Source of the DNA: Vicinamibacterales bacterium
Lineage (GTDB): Bacteria; Acidobacteriota; Vicinamibacteria; Vicinamibacterales; UBA2999
Assembly: GCA_035711805.1 (NCBI GenBank)
Contig: DASTBV010000147.1
Coordinates: 91,334-155,333, forward strand
Direction of reading: 5' to 3'
DNA length: 64,000 nt
This document shows positions 1 to 8,647 of the stretch, piece after piece (position 1 is the stretch's first letter; every line of letters begins with the position of its first letter). A program made the translations under genes and the position numbers. Below the pieces are notes generated by a model, which was not told where the DNA came from, made no database searches, and saw only the letters and a program-made list of their open reading frames with translations.

Positions 1-32
1 CGCGCAGTCCACCACGGCGCGACGGTCCGTGA
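1..32 (+). CDS. 3' end of an upstream CDS entering from the window edge (possibly 5-oxoprolinase subunit B, PxpB/KipI)
   Basis: Frame 3 is open from base 3 to the TGA at 30-32, which overlaps the GTG start of the next gene (GTGA). The identity is guessed only from the usual pxpB-pxpC adjacency. Confidence 0.25.
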   Translation, partial: RSPPRRDGP

Positions 33-952
33 CGGTCGTCGAGCCGGGCCTGTTTACCACGATCCAGGACGCAGGACGCTGGGGGCATCAGGCGAGCGGC
101 GTTCCCGTCAGCGGCGCCATGGACTGGATCGCGTACCGGACGGCGAACGCCATCGTCGGAAACGAGCCAGGGAGCGCTGCCGTCGAGGCCACCCTGTCCG
201 GCCCGAAACTGCGTTTCGATCAGAAAACGACGTTCGCGATCGCCGGCGCGGATTTCGGCGCCACCCTCGACGGTGTCCGAGTACCGCATTGCGCGGCCGT
301 CGCCGCTCCCGCAGGCAGTATCCTGCGCTTCAACACGCGTGCGTTTGGCGCGCGGGCATATGTGGCGGTGGACGGCGGCGTCGATGTTCCACGCGTGCTC
401 GGCAGCCGGTCCACACACCTGCTGAGCCGAATGGGCGGCGCCCAGGGCCGCACGCTGCTGCAGGGAGATCGACTGGGACTCGGCGCCGAGGGCACGACGA
501 ACCGCCGCCGCAAGCCGATCCCCGAGGCGACCGCGTACGGGCGCGGGGGCGGCGCACGGCTGCGCGTACTCGCAGGTCCGCAGACCGAGTATTTTCCGGC
601 TGATGCGATGGATCTGTTGCAGCGCACGCGATTCATCGTCTCGTCGCAATCGAATCGGATGGGATATCGCCTGCAAGGCGATCAGATCCCGCGTCTGCTG
701 GAGCAGGAGATGATTTCGGACGCCGCCTTCACGGGCGGTATTCAGGTGCCGCCATCGGGCGAGCCGATTCTTCTTCTCACCGACCACCAGACCACCGGCG
801 GATACCCTCAGCTCGCCGTTGTCATTACCGCCGACATTCCGCTCGCCGCCCAGCTCGCGCCGGGGGACTGGGTTGAATTCCGCGTGTGCTCGCGGTCGGA
901 AGCACTCTCGGCGCTCGTGGCACAGGAAGCACGGCTCCTTGCCTTCGATTGA
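29..952 (+). CDS. pxpC: 5-oxoprolinase subunit C / allophanate hydrolase subunit 2 (KipA family)
   Basis: 307 aa. The N-terminus (EPGLFTTIQDAGRWGHQASGVPVSGAMD) and the C-terminal TTGGYPQLAVVITADIPLAAQLAPGD are typical of the biotin-dependent carboxyltransferase/KipA family. Confidence 0.85.
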   Translation: MTVVEPGLFTTIQDAGRWGHQASGVPVSGAMDWIAYRTANAIVGNEPGSAAVEATLSGPKLRFDQKTTFAIAGADFGATLDGVRVPHCAAVAAPAGSILRFNTRAFGARAYVAVDGGVDVPRVLGSRSTHLLSRMGGAQGRTLLQGDRLGLGAEGTTNRRRKPIPEATAYGRGGGARLRVLAGPQTEYFPADAMDLLQRTRFIVSSQSNRMGYRLQGDQIPRLLEQEMISDAAFTGGIQVPPSGEPILLLTDHQTTGGYPQLAVVITADIPLAAQLAPGDWVEFRVCSRSEALSALVAQEARLLAFD

Positions 953-968
953 GGCGCTCGGCGGCGCA

Positions 969-2045
969 GTGGACGGGGAACCACTGGCACCGCTGACCAC
1001 GCTCGGCGTCGGCGGTCCTGCGCGATGGCTGCTGCGCGCGCGGACTGTCGAGGACGTCGATCGCGCGCATCGCTGGAGCAGGTCGAATGGCGCGCCGCTG
1101 TTCGTTCTCGGCGGAGGCAGCAATCTGGTGATCGCCGATGCCGGCTTCGACGGCCTGGTCGTGCACGTCGACGTTCGAGGGCGGGAACATGCGCGCGAGG
1201 GGACCGATACGCTCCTCACCGCCGGCGCGGGGGAGTCCTGGGACGAAACCGTTGCGGATTGCGTGGCGCGTGGTCTCGCTGGTCTGGAGTGCCTGTCGGG
1301 GATTCCCGGGACGGTGGGAGGAACGCCAATCCAGAACGTCGGCGCGTACGGCCAGGAGGTGGCGAACTGCATCGATCATCTCACCGCGTTCGACCGGGAG
1401 AACGGCGCACTGTGCACGCTGACCGGGCGTGACTGCGGCTTTTCCTATCGCACCAGCCGCTTCAAGCAGACCGACGGTGGTCGATTTGTGATCTGCACCG
1501 TGACATTCCGCCTGCGCGTGGCCCGGCCGACCACCACGTACCCCGACATCACGGAGCAGCTGTCGCGCGAGGGTGTATCAGCCCCGGACGTCGAGCATGT
1601 ACGAAATGCCGTCCTTGCGGTGCGCCGGCGGAAAGGCATGGTGATCGACCCGGGCGATCCGGACACGCGCAGCGTCGGCTCGTTCTTCATGAACCCGGTG
1701 GTCACGGCGATCGGCAGAGATCGCGTCGCCGCAGTCGCCGGCGCGCAACCGCCTGCGTTTCCAGCAGATGGCGGCCGTGTCAAGCTTCCGGCCGCGTGGC
1801 TGATCGAGCGGGCAGGTTTCCGGCGCGGCGACACGGACGGCAATGTGGGGATTTCGACCAAACACACGCTCGCGTTGGTCAATCGCGGTGGCGCGACGGC
1901 ACGTGATGTGCTGAGATTTGCGGCACGTATCAAGCGCGGGGTGGTGGATCGATTCGGCATCAGCCTCCGGCCGGAGCCCGTGTTCGTCGGCTTCGGCCAC
2001 AATCACGATCTCGAGTTCCTGACACATGTCCAGTCTCCTGATTGA
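969..2045 (+). CDS. murB: UDP-N-acetylenolpyruvoylglucosamine reductase
   Basis: The FAD-binding region (LGGGSNLVIADAGFDGLVV) and SGIPGTVGGTPIQNVGAYG match MurB. The track ORF starts at 819 inside pxpC; the first in-frame start after the pxpC stop is GTG at 969. Confidence 0.9.
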   Translation: MDGEPLAPLTTLGVGGPARWLLRARTVEDVDRAHRWSRSNGAPLFVLGGGSNLVIADAGFDGLVVHVDVRGREHAREGTDTLLTAGAGESWDETVADCVARGLAGLECLSGIPGTVGGTPIQNVGAYGQEVANCIDHLTAFDRENGALCTLTGRDCGFSYRTSRFKQTDGGRFVICTVTFRLRVARPTTTYPDITEQLSREGVSAPDVEHVRNAVLAVRRRKGMVIDPGDPDTRSVGSFFMNPVVTAIGRDRVAAVAGAQPPAFPADGGRVKLPAAWLIERAGFRRGDTDGNVGISTKHTLALVNRGGATARDVLRFAARIKRGVVDRFGISLRPEPVFVGFGHNHDLEFLTHVQSPD

Positions 2046-3285
2046 GGGCGGCCACCGGCTGGAAGGCCGCGTCTCCGTCGAAGGCAACAAGAATGCGGCG
2101 CTGCCGCTGCTGGCCGCCTGCCTCCTGACCGACCAGGAGTGCGTGCTGACGAACGTGCCGCGCATCGGCGACGTCGAGGTCATGGCGCGCCTGCTGCTCG
2201 ACGTCGGCGCCGAAGTGGAGGGCATCGGCACGACCACGCTGCGGATCCGGACGCCGTCGGTCCGCACCCATTCTCCGGATCGAGCGCTCGTCGGCCGCCT
2301 GCGCGGCTCGGTGCTCCTCCTCGGGCCGCTGCTGGCGCGCGCCGGGCGTGCGCACATCGCGCCGCCCGGCGGTGATTTTCCTGCGCGCCGCTCCATTTCG
2401 ACGCATCTCGAGGCGCTGCTCGCGATGGGCGCTCATGACGAGGGAGGTCCGGACCACGCGCTGCACGCGCCCGACGGGCTGAAACCGGCGTCGATGTATC
2501 TCGAAGAGGCGTCCGTCACAGGCACGGAGACTGCGCTGCTGGCTGCCGCGTCGGCGCCCGGACGCACCGAGATTCGAAACGCCGCGACCGAACCACACGT
2601 CGTCGAACTGTGCGAGTTCCTCGTCAAGATGGGCGCCGACATCTCCGGCATCGGCAGTTCGAAACTGCGCGTCGAAGGCGTCGGCAAGCTCTCGGGAGCG
2701 ACGCACCAGCTTGGCGGCGACTATATCGAAGCAGGGAGCTGGGCGGTGGTCGCCGCGATCACAGGAGGAGAGATCGCCATCGGGGGCGCGCGCGATGAAG
2801 ATATCGAGGTTGTCGCATCGGTGCTGAAGCGGATGAATGTCGACTGCGGCATGAAAGACGGTGTCTTCGAGGTCCGGCCGTCACGCCCGAAAGCGGTCCG
2901 CCGAATCACGACCGGACTCTGGCCGGCGTTTCCGAGCGACCTCGTCAGCCTGGTAACCGTTCTGGCGACTCAATCGCAGGGGCGCACACTCGTGCACGAC
3001 TGGATGTATGAGCTGCGTCTGTTCGCGCTCGAGCAGATGAGCGGCATGGGGGCCGATCTGTTTCTGGCCGATGCGCATCGCATTATCGTGACGGGGCCGA
3101 CGCGGCTCCGGGGCGGACGCATCCTCGACAGCCGCGATCTGCGGTCCGGCATGTCGCTCATTGCCGCGGGACTGGCGGCGGACGGTCAGACGCGCGTCGC
3201 GCCGCTCGAGACGGTCGAGCGCGGATACAGCAACGTCGTGCAGCGCCTGATCTCGCTTGGCGCACAGGTCGCCAAGATCGAATAA
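2026..3285 (+). CDS. murA: UDP-N-acetylglucosamine 1-carboxyvinyltransferase
   Basis: 419 aa. The sequence IEGGHRLEGRVSVEGNKNAALPLLAACLL is the classic MurA N-terminus. The gene overlaps the murB stop by 20 nt. Confidence 0.95.
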   Translation: MSSLLIEGGHRLEGRVSVEGNKNAALPLLAACLLTDQECVLTNVPRIGDVEVMARLLLDVGAEVEGIGTTTLRIRTPSVRTHSPDRALVGRLRGSVLLLGPLLARAGRAHIAPPGGDFPARRSISTHLEALLAMGAHDEGGPDHALHAPDGLKPASMYLEEASVTGTETALLAAASAPGRTEIRNAATEPHVVELCEFLVKMGADISGIGSSKLRVEGVGKLSGATHQLGGDYIEAGSWAVVAAITGGEIAIGGARDEDIEVVASVLKRMNVDCGMKDGVFEVRPSRPKAVRRITTGLWPAFPSDLVSLVTVLATQSQGRTLVHDWMYELRLFALEQMSGMGADLFLADAHRIIVTGPTRLRGGRILDSRDLRSGMSLIAAGLAADGQTRVAPLETVERGYSNVVQRLISLGAQVAKIE

Positions 3286-3296
3286 GCGCGGTAGAG

Positions 3297-3323
3297 GGCG
3301 ACCTTCAGGTCGGCCTGTCAGGC
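3297..3323. repeat. REP-like hairpins between the convergent murA and lolA genes (GACC-TTCA-GGTC core plus GGCCTG-T-CAGGCC)
   Basis: Read directly (gggcgaccttcaggtcggcctgtcaggcc). It is related to the copies at 43716 and 54756. Confidence 0.6.
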
Positions 3324-3326
3324 CTT

Positions 3327-4007
3327 TCAGCGTCCGTCGTCTGTAACGACCTTGACGCCTGATGGGACTCGGAAAACGAAGTCCCGGTCGGGCAGGCCGC
3401 GATTCTCTCTCATGTTGCTGAACGTCAGCGTCGATTCGCCGCCCTGGTGGTCCCGCGTCATGAGCGCGCGAATCTGGAGCGTGCCCGGATCGAGCGCGAC
3501 GACGAGGTACTGGTACTCCGGCTCGTTCTTGCGCGGGACGAGTTTCAACGCCACACTGCCCTGAACCGGCGTCTCTGCGTAACTGGCGGTGAAGTCCCGG
3601 GCGATGTCGCCGCGGCCGCTCAGGAACAGATCGGGCGTGCTGGCCTGACTCGCGACGTCTCTCTCCACCACCTGCTTGTCTTCCGGCACGTACCAGTACA
3701 GCTTCACGCCGTCCGACACCAGTTCTTTGCGCTCCGGCTTCGTGTAGGTCCAGCGCATCTTGCCGGGCTTTTTGATCGCCACCGTCCCGCGTTCCTGCGA
3801 CTGCGTCTTCAGCACGCCGGCGCGGTAACTCTGGACGAAATCGGCAGAGAAGTCGCGAATCGACTGATAACGTGCCTGCAGTTCCCTGGCAAGCGCGTCC
3901 GGCGACTTGCCAGCCTGTGCAGCGTTTGTCGCGCCCTGGCCGGCGATGACCGGCGCAAAGGTCGTGGTCACCGTAAGAGCGAGAAGGACGATCAGTTTTC
4001 GAGCCAC
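3327..4007 (-). CDS. lolA: Outer-membrane lipoprotein carrier protein LolA-like
   Basis: LolA-like core (FSADFVQSY...GTVAIKKPGKMRWTYTKPERKELVSDGVKLYWYVPED). I place the start at GTG 4007, giving a signal-peptide-like VARKLIVLLALTV. The track ORF extends to 4235 inside the upstream gene. Confidence 0.8.
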   Translation of the reverse strand: MARKLIVLLALTVTTTFAPVIAGQGATNAAQAGKSPDALARELQARYQSIRDFSADFVQSYRAGVLKTQSQERGTVAIKKPGKMRWTYTKPERKELVSDGVKLYWYVPEDKQVVERDVASQASTPDLFLSGRGDIARDFTASYAETPVQGSVALKLVPRKNEPEYQYLVVALDPGTLQIRALMTRDHQGGESTLTFSNMRENRGLPDRDFVFRVPSGVKVVTDDGR

Positions 4008-5998
4008 GTCTTTTTGAGCATAGCACCTGAGCCGCGGGCGACCTGCTGAGGTACAGACGCCGGCATCCGCAGCCTGGCCTTCGGAGCGTATAAGCCGGCG
4101 GCGTAGCTGACGGCCGGCGATCCGTCCGGCTCGAACCACACGAGGCTGACGCCGCGCTCGATCGTCAGCACCGGCTCGCGCCCGCGCAGGACGTGACCAA
4201 ACCCGGCCCGGCGGAACGTGTCGAACGGCAGCCACGACTCGATGCGCACCGCGAATGGGTCGCCGAGAATCGTGAACGCCGATCGGAATGGACGGTTCGA
4301 TTCGCGATGCTCGGCGCCGGGTTCACCGCTGATCCCGGCCCAGACCTGGTAGCGTGCCGCGCTTCGGGGTGGAGCCGATCCACCGGCGAGGATCGCGAGC
4401 GCCCGATCGAAATCGTCGATGTCGACCGCTTCGCCTCCTGCAGGCTCGAGCAGTGTCAGAACGTAGGGCGTGCCGCGCGGGAGTGCCTCAACGCGATCGG
4501 CAATTCCTCGCGGCGGGACGGTGTCTGCCGCGAGAGGAAAGAACGTTCCGTATGCGCTCACAACGCGGGCAGCGGCGTTGCCGGCGAGCACGACGTCGCG
4601 GCCGATCGCATGGTTGTCGGCCACCAGGAACGGAAGATGCGGCAGCACCTCTGCGGCTCGGCGCCATGCCAGCTGGCGCCGTTCGTATCGCGACGAATAC
4701 AGGAGCGCGTTTTCCAGCTGCCAGTCCATGTCGGAGAGAAGCACGGCATTCGTGTCGCTGATGCCGGCGGTGACACCGGCGACGAAGGCATCGGCGCGCC
4801 GATCGCGGCTGCGGTCGGCACTTGGCCATGTATCCCACCCACGCCATCCTGCATACGCGAGCAGAGCTGCGATTGCGACACTCGACAGGAGGGGCACCCC
4901 TGAAAGGGACGCCCGACGAGTCGACGGCGTGTTGTCCGGAGGGCGTCCCTTGACGGAGCGCCATCCGGCAAACAGCGCGGCAATCGCCAGCGCGGTGAGC
5001 GCGTGACCGGGCAGAAAGAACACGTGAGGATCGCCGACGTTATAGGTGACGGCGAATATCGTGTTGACGAGGTAGGCGCTGACAAAGAGCAGCGCCCATG
5101 GACGGGAGAAGAGCCATAGCCGGATGACGCCGGCGATGGCGAGCGCCAGACCGGCCAGTCCAAATTGCAGCCGCGCATCCCAGATCCACATCGCCATGCG
5201 TTCGGCGAGCTCACTCCGATCGACGCCGGCCATCATCGTGCCGCGCCAGTCCGACTTGGTTGCATCGAACCAGAACGTGGCGAGGCGATCGCTCCAACGC
5301 GGCGGCGCATCGATGTTCGTCCACACGAACAGGACGTTGGGCGCGTAGAGAAGAGCGCCGGCACCGGCGATGCCAATCGCCAGACCGATCGTGCCCGGCC
5401 GCAGGAGATCGCGCGGCCGCGGGTGCGCGAGCACGAGGAACAGCGCAAACGGCAGCAGCAGCAGAAGCATCGACAGGTGGTTGCCGAATGAAAGCGCATA
5501 CACCGCGAAAAAGGCGGCGAGCCGGCGCCGTGTCGGCTGCTGGCTATACGCGTACAGCGCGAGCAGGCAGCAGGCGATCAGCGCGATGTGCAGGGTGTAG
5601 ACCTCCGCGATGACCGACTGCGTCCAGAATGTGTGCGAGAAGGCGAGGAGCAGTCCGGCGGCGGCGCCGGCAGCGGCGCTCGTCGTCAGCAGGGCCGCGA
5701 AACACGTCAGCAGGCCTGCGGCGAGACCGCCCGCGAGCGCCGAGAACAGATTGAGTCCGCGCGCCGGGTTGTCCGGGCTGACGGCGAGGACGAACGGCCG
5801 TGCGAGTGAGTAATACAAGGGGTAGGCCTGCCGCGCGCTCGTCTCCGGCCACAGGACGGCTGCCTGAAAGCCGCCGGTGTCGCCCAGATCCACGCCGGGA
5901 AGCAGCGTGCGGGCGTACACGGAGAACGCAATCGTTCCCACCACGCACGCAACGAGAACGGCGCCCCTGAACGGGGGCCCTGCGTTATCCGCGCGCAC
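3992..5998 (-). CDS. DUF2723/GT-C-fold (PMT/ArnT-like) polytopic membrane glycosyltransferase-like protein
   Basis: Many transmembrane segments and an N-terminal DLGDTGGFQAAVLWPETSARQAYPLYY motif typical of DUF2723/TMEM260-like proteins, plus a C-terminal soluble domain. The start is uncertain: GTG 5998 is chosen, and the track start is 6112. Confidence 0.7.
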   Translation of the reverse strand: MRADNAGPPFRGAVLVACVVGTIAFSVYARTLLPGVDLGDTGGFQAAVLWPETSARQAYPLYYSLARPFVLAVSPDNPARGLNLFSALAGGLAAGLLTCFAALLTTSAAAGAAAGLLLAFSHTFWTQSVIAEVYTLHIALIACCLLALYAYSQQPTRRRLAAFFAVYALSFGNHLSMLLLLLPFALFLVLAHPRPRDLLRPGTIGLAIGIAGAGALLYAPNVLFVWTNIDAPPRWSDRLATFWFDATKSDWRGTMMAGVDRSELAERMAMWIWDARLQFGLAGLALAIAGVIRLWLFSRPWALLFVSAYLVNTIFAVTYNVGDPHVFFLPGHALTALAIAALFAGWRSVKGRPPDNTPSTRRASLSGVPLLSSVAIAALLAYAGWRGWDTWPSADRSRDRRADAFVAGVTAGISDTNAVLLSDMDWQLENALLYSSRYERRQLAWRRAAEVLPHLPFLVADNHAIGRDVVLAGNAAARVVSAYGTFFPLAADTVPPRGIADRVEALPRGTPYVLTLLEPAGGEAVDIDDFDRALAILAGGSAPPRSAARYQVWAGISGEPGAEHRESNRPFRSAFTILGDPFAVRIESWLPFDTFRRAGFGHVLRGREPVLTIERGVSLVWFEPDGSPAVSYAAGLYAPKARLRMPASVPQQVARGSGAMLKKTWLEN

Positions 5999-7274
5999 GT
6001 TTTCGGGCGACGAACGCGCGCACCTCGTCGAGGCCGCGTGTGTTGAGCACGTGCTCCGGCCCGATCCATCCGCGGCGAGCGGTGCCCACGCCGAAGCGCA
6101 TCTGCCGGCCAAGTCCGTCCGACCGGTGACAATCGCTGTCGATGACGAGCGTTACGCCTGCGGCGACCGCGCGGCGCGCGAGCGCGCCGTCGAGATCGAG
6201 ATGACCCGGGGCGCCGTCCACTTCCATGGCCGTTCCGGTTTCCGCGGCAGCCGCGAACAGCGCATCGAAGTCGAGCGGGTAACCGCTCGAGCGCCCGGGC
6301 GTCCGGTTGGCGGGGTGGGTAATGACATTGACGAGCGGATGCCGGATCGCACGCAGGTACCGCTCGGTCAGCTTCGACGCATCATGGCCGGCGTGGTCGT
6401 GCAGCGAGGCGAGGACGATGTCGAAACCGGCAAGTTGCTCGTCGTCGAAGTCGAGCGAACCGTCGTGCATGATATCGACTTCGACGCCGTGCAGGATCTG
6501 CACGCGCTTGACGCGCGCGCCGGCCCTCTGGATGTCTGCGCCCTGCCGGCGGATGTCGGATGCGGCCAGCTGGCGCGAGGCCGGCGCTCGTTCCGAGTGG
6601 TCGGTGATGGCGATGTATTCATATCCGAGCTGCTGGCTCGCGAATGCCATCTGCTCGATCGAGTCGCGTCCATCGCTCCAGGTACTGTGCATATGGAGAT
6701 CGCCGCGGATATCGCCTGTGCTGACGAGCGGCGGCAGTTCGCCGCGCTCGGCGACGATGATTTCGTCGCCGTCCTCGCGAAGCTCGGGCGGAATCTCCGG
6801 CAGCTCCAGGTGGCGGTAGAAATCGGCTTCGGTGTCGCTGGACAGCGGCTGACCCTGGCGGTCGAGCAGGCGTGCCCGATCGAAGGTCAAGCCCAACCGC
6901 TGCGCACGCGTCTGGAGCGCGCTCGTGTGCGTTCGCGAACCGGTGTGCCAGACCAGCGCAGCGCCGGCCTCTTCCGGAACGGCGACGTGCACCGAGACCG
7001 TCCCGCGGTCGTTGCCGATGATGAGATGGGTTGCCGAGCGGGCGAGGATGACGGCGGCCGTCAGGCGCGCAAAGCCCGTCAGCACGTCATGGTGCGCAGC
7101 GGCGGGCGCCACTGCCAGCAGAGACACGTCGCCGACGGCCGGAGCGAAGCGGCGGAGGCTGCCGAGCGGCGTGATCGATCGCACCGGGAGGCCGGCCCGC
7201 TGTGCATCGCGCATGACCGTTGACGCGAGCATATGCGCACGGCCGAGAGGAATTCTGGTCGTTATCGACGGCAC
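5985..7274 (-). CDS. PHP-domain phosphoesterase with a truncated PolX-like N-terminal domain
   Basis: The C-terminal approx. 240 aa form a PHP domain (GDLHMHSTWSDG...ITDHS...). The N-terminal approx. 190 aa resemble PolX palm/thumb (GSLRRFAPAVGDVSLL, GAALVWHTGSRTHTSAL, PEIPPELRE). An in-frame stop lies upstream at 7323-7325. Confidence 0.8.
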   Translation of the reverse strand: MPSITTRIPLGRAHMLASTVMRDAQRAGLPVRSITPLGSLRRFAPAVGDVSLLAVAPAAAHHDVLTGFARLTAAVILARSATHLIIGNDRGTVSVHVAVPEEAGAALVWHTGSRTHTSALQTRAQRLGLTFDRARLLDRQGQPLSSDTEADFYRHLELPEIPPELREDGDEIIVAERGELPPLVSTGDIRGDLHMHSTWSDGRDSIEQMAFASQQLGYEYIAITDHSERAPASRQLAASDIRRQGADIQRAGARVKRVQILHGVEVDIMHDGSLDFDDEQLAGFDIVLASLHDHAGHDASKLTERYLRAIRHPLVNVITHPANRTPGRSSGYPLDFDALFAAAAETGTAMEVDGAPGHLDLDGALARRAVAAGVTLVIDSDCHRSDGLGRQMRFGVGTARRGWIGPEHVLNTRGLDEVRAFVARKRARG

Positions 7275-7316
7275 GGAAGGGCTGGCGGCCGTGTGGCCCG
7301 CCGGCCATCGTGCATT

Positions 7317-7377
7317 GTGACACTAACGCGCCGGGGTTTGTTCGTCAGCAGACAACTCGGACGCGCGTTAGTGTCAC
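7317..7377. repeat. Perfect 15-nt inverted repeat GTGACACTAACGCGC / GCGCGTTAGTGTCAC with a 31-nt spacer
   Basis: The arms are at 7317-7331 and 7363-7377. A third direct copy, GTGACACTGACGCG, lies at 7429-7442. Confidence 0.8.
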
Positions 7378-7442
7378 GAAAAGACACAGGACATTACAGC
7401 GCGGCTTTGGTTGCCGCGTCGCCGCGCTGTGACACTGACGCG

Positions 7443-7466
7443 GTCCGCCTGAAGGCGGACACTACG
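7443..7466. repeat. REP-like hairpin GTCCGCC-TGAA-GGCGGAC + ACTACG
   Basis: The 24-mer here is identical to the one at 55778-55801. Confidence 0.8.
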
Positions 7467-7500
7467 TACTCCAGCGACGAGGTTTGTTTTTGAGCGCCTG

Positions 7501-7761
7501 CTACGGCGTCAGCGTGCGCCGCCGGGTCATCATGCGATACAGCGCGAGCAGTACGACCGCGCCGACGAACGACATGAGGTAACCCGCCGGCTCGCCTTCG
7601 CCGTACCAGCCGAGCGCCCGGCCGGCGAAGCCGGCCAGCACGGCGCCGGCAATGCCGAGCAGCATGGTCACGATGATGCCGCCGGGATCGCGGCCAGGCA
7701 TGATCAGCTTGGCCAGCGCTCCGACGACGAGACCGAACAACATCCATCCAAGAACGGCCAT
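7501..7761 (-). CDS. GlsB/YeaQ/YmgE family (transglycosylase-associated) small membrane protein
   Basis: 86 aa (MAVLGWMLFGLVVGALAKLIMPGRDPGGIIVTMLLGIAGAVLAGF...). ATG at 7761 is preceded by GGAGGAAAAG. The track ORF, which extends to 8253, is over-extended. Confidence 0.85.
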   Translation of the reverse strand: MAVLGWMLFGLVVGALAKLIMPGRDPGGIIVTMLLGIAGAVLAGFAGRALGWYGEGEPAGYLMSFVGAVVLLALYRMMTRRRTLTP

Positions 7762-7906
7762 CTTTTCCTCCACCCGATCTGTGGTCCGCGCAGTGGCCCA
7801 GCGGGCAGGCGCGGACCCCGCCAGCGCTGGTTGCAAGCGTGTTGCCTGCCGTTCGAGTACCCGGGCTGTTGCAGCCGAGCTTTTTTCATGCGCGGGATTC
7901 GGTAGG

Positions 7907-8320
7907 ATGTGTCCGGTGTTCTTCGAGCTTCGCGACGCGCTCACGCTTCCGCCGCTCGTCGGCCGGCGGCCGGGCGTCGACCTCGTCAAGACCTCGCGCC
8001 GGTCGAACTTCGTTGCCAGCATCACCGTCAGCCGTGAGGCCGACGAGGACGTCGGATTCCGGGAGGTCTTCATCCAGGTGGACGGGAAGGACGTCGGCAT
8101 GCTGCGGTTCGGCGACACCATCTCGCAGGAGCTTCCCGCCGGCCCGCATCGCATTCGAGCCCACAACACCCTGTTTTCGAAAACGCACGACGTGGTACTG
8201 CAGCCGGGCGAGCACGCACGGTTCGTGGCGATCAACCGCGCAGGGTGGGGCACCTTCGGCTTGCTGATGATCCTCGGAGCCGCGCCTGTCTACCTGACGT
8301 TCGAGCGCGCGCGCGAGTAG
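7907..8320 (+). CDS. Hypothetical protein with a C-terminal transmembrane segment
   Basis: 137 aa from ATG 7907. Third-position GC is high like neighbouring genes, and there is a C-terminal hydrophobic stretch (WGTFGLLMILGAAPVYLTF). I recognise no family. Confidence 0.5.
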   Translation: MCPVFFELRDALTLPPLVGRRPGVDLVKTSRRSNFVASITVSREADEDVGFREVFIQVDGKDVGMLRFGDTISQELPAGPHRIRAHNTLFSKTHDVVLQPGEHARFVAINRAGWGTFGLLMILGAAPVYLTFERARE

Positions 8321-8434
8321 ACGGCGCTTCGGCCCGGCGCCGGCGCCTTTGGCGGGAAGCGCCGTGGTAAACTCGATTTTGCGCGTGCAGCCGAGACGCT
8401 TGCCCGGCGGGCGCGCCTTCATTTCACTCCATCA

Positions 8435-8507
<73 letters not shown>

Positions 8508-8510
<3 letters not shown>

Positions 8511-8620
8511 CTCGACTCGGGCGCTTTGCGCCCTCGCTCGTGGCAGGCCAATACGTGAGCGTCCGAGTCGAGTGCCCTGAGCGAGCGGAGAAGTCCGCGC
8601 GAGTCGAAGGGCCGCTCGGA
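8508..8620. repeat. Structured palindromic element abutting the tRNA-Ala 3' end
   Basis: Outer stem CACTCGACTCGG (8509-8520) / CCGAGTCGAGTG (8563-8574). It encloses GCGC-TTT-GCGC and a second imperfect hairpin. A further hairpin, CGAGCGG...CCGCTCG, spans 8582-8618. Confidence 0.6.
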
Positions 8621-8647
8621 TTGTGACCAGACCGCGCCAAAGCTCCG

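Noticed and set aside
819-968. The N-terminal 50-codon extension of the murB ORF given in the track, and similar extensions for pilM (14338), pilP (16700), era (53536), livM (29592), lolA (4235) and the VWFA-related gene (26401)
   Set aside because: The extensions overlap the preceding gene or promoter DNA and translate to Arg/Pro/Ser-rich junk. Conserved protein N-termini or signal peptides begin at the downstream starts I used.
5877-7223. A 448-aa plus-strand ORF opposite the PHP/PolX-like gene, and similar long antisense ORFs at 12195-13469, 14542-16736, 37506-38885, 39051-40019, 43801-44940 and 50196-51326
   Set aside because: All are antisense to strongly supported genes, lack motifs and show the Arg/Gly/Asp/His-rich composition of out-of-frame GC-rich sequence.
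5985-7274. The PolX-like gene as a pseudogene
   Set aside because: The reading frame is intact for 429 codons with typical high GC3, and it overlaps the next gene in operon fashion. The truncation looks like a stable domain architecture rather than decay, although this is unproven.
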